In this document: piece after piece, positions 1 to 8,087 of the stretch
Layout of the letters: every line of letters starts with the position of its first letter
Position numbering within the stretch: the first letter of the stretch is position 1
Source: Oculina patagonica
Lineage: Eukaryota
Reading direction: 5' to 3'
DNA length: 64,000 bases
Assembly (NCBI RefSeq): GCF_052425735.1
Contig: NC_135759.1
Location: 13,144,001-13,208,000 of the forward strand
Translations under genes and position numbers: made by a program
The notes under the pieces: model-generated
The model's input: the letters and a program-made list of their open reading frames with translations, nothing else
What the model was told of the DNA's origin: nothing
The model's database searches: none

Positions 1-1
1 G

Positions 2-58
2 GGGGCAAAGGGCGTCACCGGTAGTTACAACCGACGTCCAGCCCCGTGGGAAGTATGA
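2..58 (+). CDS. C-terminal end of an upstream Polinton ORF (partial, ...GAKGVTGSYNRRPAPWEV*)
   Basis: Open frame from base 2 to TGA at 56-58, which overlaps the ATG at 55-57 of the next ORF. Confidence 0.45.
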   Translation, partial: GAKGVTGSYNRRPAPWEV

Positions 59-390
59 ATCGATTACGTCGACAGCGTCCGTTCTTGGAGAGCATTCTGA
101 GAGAAGCCAATCGGTTCAAGCGAGAAGAGATGTTACAGCACGCCAACGCCGATCAGATCAACGCCGTGAGTGAGATGGTATTGAATTTGCTCAAGAACCG
201 CATTCCGCTCAGTCCACCGATCACTGCCAAGCTGCGACGATATAAGAAGGTCTTGCGCGAACTGGGTAAGCGCAGAAACTCGTTGAAGAGAAGGCGAGAA
301 GGTCTCCTGTCACAGAAGGGTAGTGGGTTTTGGAAAGGACTGCAACAGATCTACCAAGCATGTCTCTGCAAAACACCCTCCAGACAATGA
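55..390 (+). CDS. Small basic Polinton protein (probable virion core protein) with a QKGSG|F putative viral protease cleavage motif
   Basis: ATG at 55. The pattern 'AVSEMVLNLLKNRIPL...LRELGK...RRREGLLSQKGSGF' resembles small conserved Polinton ORFs (recognised from memory). R/K-rich. Confidence 0.65.
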   Translation: MNRLRRQRPFLESILREANRFKREEMLQHANADQINAVSEMVLNLLKNRIPLSPPITAKLRRYKKVLRELGKRRNSLKRRREGLLSQKGSGFWKGLQQIYQACLCKTPSRQ

Positions 391-722
391 TGAAAATGTT
401 ACGCGAATCGGCGGACAGAGAAGCAGAGTGGGAAAAGAGAGCAGACCATTGGCACAAAGCCTACGCCCGCGTCAATCATGACTATTTGGCTTTAAAATAC
501 GACGCAGAGTGCGAAGATTGCATTCGAGAGAGGCAAGAGACTCCGGAAGGAAAGACCCTAGTACTGTGCCAGGAGTGTAGCGACAAGTGTACATCGAGAA
601 GCGACTTGAAAAGGCGCCTAGACAAGTTAGAAGAGGAAGTTCGTTACTGGCAAGGGTGTTACGAAAGCTTGTTGGAAGAATACTTCAAAGATGACCGAGG
701 AAGTCGTGATGGTTCCCGCTAA
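387..722 (+). CDS. Polinton hypothetical coiled-coil protein with CxxC...CxxC (possible Zn-binding) motifs
   Basis: ATG at 387 overlaps the previous stop (ATGA). CEDC and CQEC motifs flanked by heptad-like helices. Confidence 0.6.
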   Translation: MMKMLRESADREAEWEKRADHWHKAYARVNHDYLALKYDAECEDCIRERQETPEGKTLVLCQECSDKCTSRSDLKRRLDKLEEEVRYWQGCYESLLEEYFKDDRGSRDGSR

Positions 723-1290
723 AGACTTGAATCGTTTGGTGCAATATTACAAAGGCGAAATCACGGACAATGCATTGTTGAACAAAGCGGCTCGCATAGC
801 AGCCGAAAGTCACTTGCTGTTAAAAGATAAATCCGTTCCCGACGGTATCGCCGTGGCACGAGTGAAACCTCTCGCTCGCGAACGGGCTCGTTTGACCAAA
901 CGGATACGTCAATTTCCCATGGGAGGAGTAACAGCCAGACGGCCGGGCGAAGAAGCGGAGGAGGAGGAGGAGGAGTTGGAGAATGTGGGTTTGGTGACGG
1001 GACCCGTGGAGACCATGTTGAAACAACTCATAAAAGGAAGTGCCAAGAAATCACCTCCCACAGTCACCCCGAGGGCGACAAAGAAAGCAAAGACGGCACC
1101 TGCGGGCAAACCGACATTGGCAGAGAGATTCAAGAGTTTAGAAGAGAAACTAAAGACGAGGAAAAAGCCAGCTGTGCGGAAAACGGAAGCCGAGAAACTG
1201 AAACCATTACCCGGTTGGGAAGATTGGGCCAAAGGCAAAAAGTTGAGACGAAAATTGGAGTATGACGAAGACCAAGAAGAAGAGGACTGA
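691..1290 (+). CDS. Polinton hypothetical protein, 199 aa, with an acidic tract and basic C-terminus ending KPLPGWEDWA
   Basis: Long ORF. The C-terminal motif LKPLPGWEDWA is conserved in the element B fragment at 2596-2697. Confidence 0.7.
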   Translation: MTEEVVMVPAKDLNRLVQYYKGEITDNALLNKAARIAAESHLLLKDKSVPDGIAVARVKPLARERARLTKRIRQFPMGGVTARRPGEEAEEEEEELENVGLVTGPVETMLKQLIKGSAKKSPPTVTPRATKKAKTAPAGKPTLAERFKSLEEKLKTRKKPAVRKTEAEKLKPLPGWEDWAKGKKLRRKLEYDEDQEEED

Positions 1291-1627
1291 AAAAAAGACG
1301 ACACGGCGACGACAACGCGGACGTGGGATCGACATTCAGAAGTGGCTCGGCAAGACTGGAATCGAATTTCACTGGCCCGGTTATCAGTACATGGGTCCCG
1401 GAACCAAATTGGCCAAGCGATTGAAACGCGGGGACCCGGGCATCAATCGATTAGACAAGATCGCCAAACAGCACGACATCGATTACAGTCACGCCAAGAA
1501 TCTAAGGGACAAGTGGAAAGCCGACGAGAAAATGATTAAAGCCATCAACAAATTACCTGGAAGTAAAACCATGACGGAACGCATTGTCAAACGAATCATG
1601 CAAGCCAAGAAAATGTTGAAACTTTAA
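1262..1627 (+). CDS. Parvovirus VP1u-type phospholipase A2 (Polinton/adintovirus PLA2X), copy A
   Basis: HWPGYQYMGPG (YxGxG Ca2+ loop) and DxxAxxHDxxY catalytic motif (DKIAKQHDIDY). Basic N-terminus followed by QRGRG. Confidence 0.9.
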   Translation: MTKTKKKRTEKKTTRRRQRGRGIDIQKWLGKTGIEFHWPGYQYMGPGTKLAKRLKRGDPGINRLDKIAKQHDIDYSHAKNLRDKWKADEKMIKAINKLPGSKTMTERIVKRIMQAKKMLKL

Positions 1628-1884
1628 TGTTGTAACTTTGAACACATTAAAGAACAGGTTGAACGTTTACATGGTGTACATCGCATTCGATCGCCGACTC
1701 GTTCCCAGAACACCCGAGAAAAGGGGATACCCCCATCCCCCCTCCCTCACGTGATTTTTTTAAAAAAATAGCTTTACGTTTTCTCAGAATCGCCGACCCA
1801 AATTCTTTGAAAAACATGGCAATTTGTGGACAATATATAATGGATGGTGGTCTTGCTAACTCACTATGAAGTGTGAGTGTATCG

Positions 1885-2011
1885 CGAATATCGAATATCG
1901 AAAATCGAATATCGAATATGGAATATCGAAAATCGAATATCGAGTATCGAGTATCGAATATCGAGTATCGAGTATCGAATGTCGAGTATCGAGTATCGAG
2001 TATCGAATATC
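1885..2011. repeat. 7-bp tandem repeat (CGAATAT/CGAGTAT)n, about 18 copies, in the Polinton subterminal region
   Basis: Directly visible: ...aatatcgaatatcgaaaatcg...agtatcgagtatcg... Confidence 0.95.
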
Positions 2012-2030
2012 GGAGGACTTTGATGACGTA

Positions 2031-2400
2031 GGTCCCTAAGGGACCACGTGGTCGATATCTGGGTTCACCATGTTGAATAAATTAAAAGTAAAGCCGCCAT
2101 CTTGAATACATTAAGTGATGACGTAGGAGGGTTTGGTCACGTGGGTCCCTAAGGGACCACGTGGTCGATATCCGGGCTCACCATGTTGAATAAATTAAAA
2201 GTAAAGCCGCCATCTTGAATACATTAAGTGATGACGTAGGAGGGTTTGGTCACGTGGGTCCCTAAGGGACCACGTGACCCATATCCGGGCTCACCATGTT
2301 GAATAAATTAAAAGTAAAGCCGCCATCTTGAATTCATTAAGTGATGACGTAGGAGGGGTTGGTCACGTGGGTCCCTAAGGGATCACGTGGTCTATATCCG
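2031..2400. repeat. 113-bp tandem repeat, about 3.3 copies, rich in TF motifs and containing a palindrome
   Basis: GGTCCCTAAGGG recurs at 2031, 2144, 2257 and 2370. Full units contain E-boxes (CACGTG), a YY1-like GCCGCCATCTT and a CRE-like TGATGACGTA. Confidence 0.95.
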
Positions 2401-2404
2401 GACC

Positions 2405-2530
2405 TGTGATTGGTTCACTGCCATAATCCTGCAATCTGATTGGCTACTGCCGATACCCTTTTCGCGCATTTTATGCAAATTAGGTTACTTCCGGTCTTTT
2501 CACTTCCGGTCCAACTCGGATGACGTCATC
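2405..2530. promoter_or_regulatory. Terminal enhancer/origin-like motif cluster of Polinton A
   Basis: ATTGG (CCAAT) at 2409 and 2439, E2F-type TTTCGCGC at 2460, octamer ATGCAAAT at 2473, ETS ACTTCCGG at 2487 and 2502, CRE TGACGTCA at 2521. Confidence 0.6.
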
Positions 2531-2595
2531 CCTCATTATATATGCAACATGAAAGCGAGGTTTTAGGATCTATGTTAACCCATAAGACTACTACT

Positions 2596-2697
2596 ACGAG
2601 AGGAAAGCGACCGACCGAAGTAGAGACCTTGAAACCGTTACCAGGCTGGGAAGACTGGGCCGAAGGGCGACGCACCAGACGCAGACATGTCCAGTAA
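2596..2697 (+). pseudogene. 5'-interrupted homolog of the 691-1290 ORF (TRGKRPTEVETLKPLPGWEDWAEGRRTRRRHVQ*)
   Basis: Translation aligns to TEAEKLKPLPGWEDWAKGKK of ORF 691-1290. Homology begins right after the ACTACTACT terminus of A. Confidence 0.75.
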
Positions 2698-3088
2698 GAA
2701 ACGTAAAACAACGCGAAAAAAGACGAGACTTCCCAAGATCAGGAAGGAGTGGTTGAACCGCAAAATATGGACCCAGGCAGGAGGAAAAGTCGACATACAA
2801 AAACTGTTGGCCAAGACGGGAGTAGAATTTCACTGGCCTGGTTATCAATACATGGGACCCGGAACAAAACTAGAAAAGCGATTGAAACGAGGTGATCCCG
2901 GCATAAACAGGTTGGACCGTTTGGCTAAACAGCACGACATTGACTACGGAAAGGCTCGCTCTTTAGAACAGAAGTGGAAGGCAGACCGCAAGATGATCAA
3001 GGCCATCGACAAGTTACCGGGCAAAAAGACCAAGACTGAACGCATTGTTAAACGCATCATGCAAGCCAAGACAAAATTGAAACTTTAA
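2687..3088 (+). CDS. Parvovirus VP1u-type phospholipase A2 (PLA2X), copy B
   Basis: HWPGYQYMGPG and AKQHDIDY motifs. Clearly paralogous to 1262-1627 with many synonymous differences. Basic N-terminus followed by QAGG. Confidence 0.9.
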   Translation: MSSKKRKTTRKKTRLPKIRKEWLNRKIWTQAGGKVDIQKLLAKTGVEFHWPGYQYMGPGTKLEKRLKRGDPGINRLDRLAKQHDIDYGKARSLEQKWKADRKMIKAIDKLPGKKTKTERIVKRIMQAKTKLKL

Positions 3089-3220
3089 AAAAATCACACT
3101 TTTAATTCTTTTCGTTGTTTACAAGTAATAAAAAACACAAACTGCTTCACCATTGTCTCACTTGTTTTATCTTCCTCTAAGTGAACGCAAACCTATTTTA
3201 AATAAAAAAAAGACAACATG

Positions 3221-3227
3221 AAAAAAA
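3221..3227 (-). terminator. RNA polymerase III terminator (T7) for the tRNA-like gene
   Basis: AAAAAAA on + directly abuts the discriminator base. Confidence 0.75.
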
Positions 3228-3299
3228 GCCCCCAGCGAGGAGTCGAACCCCGATTGCCTACTTTAGTGGTAGGAGTGATAACCGTTACACTACCGGAGG
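3228..3299 (-). tRNA. tRNA-like Pol III gene, anticodon CUA (amber), non-canonical A33, inside Polinton B
   Basis: Minus strand reads CCTCCGG TA GTGT AACGGTTA TCAC T CCTAC CACTAAA GTAGG CAAT CGGGG TTCGACT CCTCG CTGGGGG C. This gives a 7-bp acceptor stem, D-arm with GG, perfect 5-bp anticodon stem, 7-nt loop and TTCGA T-loop, with A/B boxes and a T7 run immediately after. Confidence 0.85.
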
Positions 3300-6058
3300 T
3301 TGTTATACTACCCGCGTCGTTGTGGTTGGTTTTGAGCTGGCGCGCGCACGCGCAGAGGGTTGTGACGTCATCGCCTTGGAGTCACGTGACCTTTTTTCCC
3401 TTTGCCCGATTTTCCCACCCCAAATTTCCGCTGGGGGTCTGGGGCGAGCTCTTTTTGGCCGCCGGGGCCTGGAACCCACACTCGGACACCCTGGGACCCA
3501 CTCTTATGACGTCATCCACATCCTACTCACGTGATTTTCTCCTCTACGCATGCGCAGAAATACTGCTCTGTGATTGGCTGCTTCCGAATTTAAGCGGACC
3601 TTACTACTAATAAAGTCATTACAGCAAAACTCGTCACTTTTGTGTCGATAACCTCTAAACCCGCATGAGTGTGGCTATGCTACCGAAAAACTTCTTTGGT
3701 TGGTATTATCTTATTCCCCTTTTTCGTTTCTTTCAATGTTTTTCTGATTCGTTTCCTTTCCAGTGACAGAGTTCTACTTCTGCTGTTATAGTACATTTTT
3801 TTCGGAACCAGTCTATCTTTGCAGGGGAGGTATCGTCCCTGTAAACGTTTTGAACCATCTCCAGGCGCGGTTCTGGTTATCTTTTTAGGAAGGTTTCTGA
3901 AATGATGGTTTCTCTCTTCTACAAATATGACTGTTTGTTATTCTGCAAGTCTTATCTCTTTCTTTTGAATCAACCTCACGTTTTTATAGCGGAACCTCAC
4001 TTGACGATCACTTAATTGTTATCAACCATTTTGGCAGCGAGTTAGTAGTCAGATTAATAAACTTCTGCTGTACTTTTTTTCATTTCTTTTAACCGTGTCA
4101 AGGGAACTCCCTGTTTTGTGTAACTGCTGACGATTCCCGCTGGAGATCAATGTGCACACACAGCCTAACCCAGAGACAAAGTGACGATCGACTACTTGGA
4201 ATGGAGGAATGCAAAAGTCCGTTTGGAACTTACGACATCAAGATTCCTGTGGACTCAAAGCTCTCATGCACTGGGAATTCCTGGATCCTAGGAAAGAACT
4301 GCAAGGACTTAGAGGTAATTTGAAGTTCTTGTCTATAAAGTGATAAGTGAGAGACAGGGCGTTTGCCATTTGTATCCAACGATTCATCCCAACGTAATTT
4401 TCGGAAAAAAGGTAATATCTTCCTAGGTATTTCCTTTTTCTCACCGGAACGACAAAATTTCTATACCATTTGTTCGCATAACAAGGCTCCTTATATTGTT
4501 GGGAAGATTGCAGAATCACGTGCTACATAGTTTGAGCTTACACGTGATAACTCTCCTACCTAACCCGCCTTATTTTGTAGGTATTACATAAAAGGGAGGG
4601 GTGTATCACCGCTCTTGATACTTATCGTTTGGTCTGTATAGGAAAGAAGACGAAAATGCACATATAATGCGTAACCAAGTTTTGTTTGGCTGTACTCTTC
4701 TAAAACAAACCCTTTCTTATCACAGCTTACCAAGTTCACCCAAATGAATGTATGGGCTTACTTCTTCTATTGGTCGGACCAGTACCCATCGGGACCAGAC
4801 GACCGCATATGCAGGGTCCCAAGACAGCGAAGGGCACATATTAACAGGCATTACTGATCATGAGTGTTCTGTTACTTAATAATCAGTTTCAAAAGTAAAT
4901 CAATAAAAGATTAAATGGACTGGTTATTCAACTATTGATTTCTGTAGAACATAAACAGCGAAAACAATGAAATAAAATGCAAACAAAATTTTAGACCAGA
5001 GTAGATCAAATGTTTATAATGTATTAAGCTCAGGGTTGGTAGGGATGGTCTTTTACATGCGAAACCATGCAAGCTGCTGCTAAACTGTGAGCTGACTTTG
5101 TGCATTACAAAGAATGACTGAGAACGGCCTGATAGCATTCAGAATGTGGCGTACGAAAGCCCCTTGTACTTGCCCAGTTTAGTTGAGACCTAAAAGGCTC
5201 GCTTCGCTCGCTTATTCACTGTGAAAACTCGTGAGGTCGAATTGTGGCAAGTCTAGGTCCTTGTCAGTATTCGTTGCAGATGCGGTAGTGCTCACAAGAG
5301 CTGTATTTTTTTTTACAAAAAATTCTCCCAGGACATGTTTGGTTGGTTTGGACGATAAACTGACCCCATATAATAAAAAGTCATAACATTATAGGTTTTC
5401 CCTTGCTATACGATTACAGCTTTATCATGAAAAACAAAATTGCTTCTGTAGCTAGAAGAAAGATATAATGAAGAAAAATTATTTCTAAGAATATTTTAAA
5501 TCACCAAAAATCTGAACAAGTATTAAACTGCATAAAGACAATAGCAGTTTTTTTCGTAATTTTGTTATATAGCCGGAATTTTTCCCCCCAACAGCGCGCG
5601 GGCGCTCTCATAGGTTACTTTGAGGTCACATAACATCTAATAACAAAACTCTTTCAAAAAAAATGCTCCCCGCCAAAAGTCTCTAAGTGGGCAATATTTC
5701 AAAATCTCTGACGTCAGAGGGTAACAGTGCACTGTTATCCGCGAATGTTGACCACAGTTGCACGTGAATCTTCGGGAAACCAAATAGTTTTGTTTCCTCA
5801 GCTCCGCCTGAGGAAACGTCGAGATTTTTCGGGAAACAAAATTAACTGTTTCCCTCGGAACCAGTCATTACTTTAAGTGTAAAATATTTTAGCCGTAAAT
5901 TGTTATCTGTATAAAACTCAAAACAATGAAACGTGACATGGGCAACCTCCGGCTTGTTTTCTTCTTGTATGAAGGCAGACAATCCAAAGACCTTATAGCC
6001 GGAGAATAGCCATAGTCTATCATAGAGTACAAACTATTTGAATCAAGAATCTCTCTCG

Positions 6059-6991
6059 CTAAGTGGAGTTCATTCCCACTTGGTTTTTCGTGATTCTCAA
6101 TCGGTGTAATGTGCTTTTTATCGCACTCCGAAACTCCTTTACGCGCCAGAAATAAACAAACGGATTCAGAGAGGAATTAATGAAAATGATGGTACCCGAA
6201 ATTTCTAAGGACATTTTCTTAGCAGGACTGTGACCGCCAAGCTGTATAACGGCTGCTGTGCACAGATATGGAAAATAACACAGGAACAGAAGAAAACAAA
6301 CAATGAACGTGTTCAACACCGACCTCCTGTAACTAGTAAAATTGACTCGACTTGAAGACTGACTTTCGTCAAACCTTGCTTGATTGCGTATTTCTTGACG
6401 ATGACGTCTAATAACACGATAAATTTTGCAGTACATCAAAACAATAATCGAGAAACATGCAGTAGAGGAAGCAAACCCCAGAACGTAAAATAATCGAAGG
6501 TCATGTGTCCACGTATATCCCCATATTGAGGATAACAACCACGAGCCAAAGATAAATACCAGTATTTTTTTGCTTGTCACAAGGGATATGTATCTCAAGT
6601 GTAGGAAGAGTACAAGGTATCTGTCCACGCTAATTAAAGTTGCCGTGATAAATGAAACCCCAGATAGAAGGCTTGAAATGACATCAAAAGCAGTTTGTAG
6701 AGCTCGCGGTCCATCTTTATCATTAACAAGGAAGTACACCCGGGATATGATATACAAAGGCTGCGTTACTGTTCCTACCAAGAAATCAGTCAAGGAAAGA
6801 GCAAACAACAAAGTGTTTGACGGTGAATGCAGAGCTTGGGTTCGCCAGATTGAAAAAAGAATGACTGCATTTCCAAAACTTGCAATGAACAGACCAACCA
6901 CGTTAACAATACAGTTGGCTAGCAAACAGGTTCTTAATCTGGCGATTGAATTAGTTTGATTAATCGCATGGTGCAAAATAAATTCTTCCAT
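6059..6991 (-). CDS. Intronless class A (rhodopsin-like) GPCR, orphan melanocortin/adenosine-receptor-like type
   Basis: 310 aa with 7 hydrophobic segments. GN (TM1), LSLTD (TM2), SVDRY (TM3), CYFP (TM6), NSSLNPFVY (TM7) and FR helix 8. Confidence 0.93.
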   Translation of the reverse strand: MEEFILHHAINQTNSIARLRTCLLANCIVNVVGLFIASFGNAVILFSIWRTQALHSPSNTLLFALSLTDFLVGTVTQPLYIISRVYFLVNDKDGPRALQTAFDVISSLLSGVSFITATLISVDRYLVLFLHLRYISLVTSKKILVFIFGSWLLSSIWGYTWTHDLRLFYVLGFASSTACFSIIVLMYCKIYRVIRRHRQEIRNQARFDESQSSSRVNFTSYRRSVLNTFIVCFLLFLCYFPYLCTAAVIQLGGHSPAKKMSLEISGTIIFINSSLNPFVYFWRVKEFRSAIKSTLHRLRITKNQVGMNST

Positions 6992-8002
6992 TGGGTTTTT
7001 GCTTCACAAACAGAATAAGGTGTCCTCTTAGACACCAGCAACCTCTGTGCGCCTGTCTCTTGTTGCGATGGGCGCTGAAAATCACTGAATTGTCAATTTT
7101 TTGACTATTTTAAATCAAACTTAATAAATTCCGCAAGGACATATTAAAGATCCAGGTGCTTTTTGTACGAACCACAACTGATGGCTATAATTAGTTTAAA
7201 AACAATAATACTGAGCTGTTTGCAGCCATTATTTGCCTTTGCGTGGTATCCTGTCCTTGTCATAAACAAGCCATTGATCGAGTTTATTGATATTTGTTGG
7301 AGGGCAGCACGACTGGTGAAGCAAATCTCAGTTTGTCTTAAAACAATTTTTATACACGTTAGGTTTAGTTTGCTTCACACACATGACATGTACGCCAACT
7401 CAATGTACAGCCAATTTATCAAATAAGGTACGTGATCGTTTTGCTTGTAAATGCTTTGTGAATTTCATTTACCCCCTCAAGATTTATCTGATCATTTCCC
7501 ACCCAATTTTGCCAAAACGGATGAAATCCACGGGGTGCCTGTATTATGGGGCCAATAGAAACTTCTTGTTAGTTTTAAGGTTCTTTTTGAATGAAATATG
7601 AAATGCATCATATCGGGAACGAGGTGTTTCTTTTATTATCAAGCGGGATTACTGCCCTTATGATCTTAAATAAATGTGGATTAATTTGTTTTTAAGTCCG
7701 AACACATTATTAATGAAGTTGATCCCCGCTTGTTGATATATTGCACACGGGAATGCCACACGCAAAGGAAAATCGTTTTGCACATGTGATGACTACTAAA
7801 AACTGTGTGATTATCTATATGAAGAGTTTTCATTTGAGCACGCCTGCTGATGTTATGGCTTCAGACTGTCATTTTGGCCCTGCTCTTTTGTGAAAGAAAA
7901 AATCATTTTGGACAGGTGGTTGACTTCTTCTTTGTAAAGAGAAAGGATTTTATTCACAAGATGGTCAGATTAACACGAATGGACACAGGGTATGAAGGAT
8001 CG

Positions 8003-8087
8003 CATCCTCGTACCCAGGGTCTTCGTTTCCTTTCGCCCGTTTCTTCAAGCCTGCACAGAAGGGACGAAGCCTCGAGGTACGAGAATG
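8003..8087. mobile_element. 85-bp MITE with 9-bp TSD (Academ-like)
   Basis: Ends CATCCTCGTACC...GGTACGAGAATG. GAAGGATCG duplicated at 7994-8002 and 8088-8096. Confidence 0.7.

Larger units (their letters stand above)
1..2595 (+). mobile_element. Polinton/Maverick (adintovirus-like) element A, right-hand portion; continues upstream of the window
   Basis: Compact, intronless, overlapping ORFs including a parvovirus-type PLA2. Subterminal tandem repeats. Ends in ACTACTACT (2587-2595), matching the canonical Polinton AGTAGT...ACTACT termini. Confidence 0.85.
2596..3608 (+). mobile_element. Polinton element B, right end (the host into which element A appears inserted)
   Basis: Same gene order as A (KPLPGWEDWA ORF end, then PLA2). 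TF-motif-rich terminus ending ACTACT at 3603-3608, then an abrupt shift to AT-rich host DNA. Confidence 0.8.

Noticed and set aside
820-1372. Minus-strand ORFs 820-1026, 909-1304, 1130-1372
   Set aside because: Antisense shadows of the real plus-strand Polinton genes; low-complexity S/F-rich translations.
2031-2400. Possible CRISPR-like array (palindromic repeats at regular spacing)
   Set aside because: The intervening sequences are near-identical rather than unique spacers. It is a 113-bp tandem repeat in eukaryotic DNA with no cas genes.
3440-3500. Possible second tRNA-like/B-box element (GGGTTCCAGGCCCC on -)
   Set aside because: No convincing cloverleaf, A box or terminator could be built.
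3218-3610. 130-aa ORF on +
   Set aside because: Overlaps the antisense of the tRNA-like gene and the motif-rich terminus, and its stop falls outside the element end. No protein features.
3620-4600. Possible decayed retroelement or coding remnant, including ORF 4238-4519
   Set aside because: No recognisable motif could be read in any frame.
6570-6959. 129-aa ORF on +
   Set aside because: Antisense to the GPCR.
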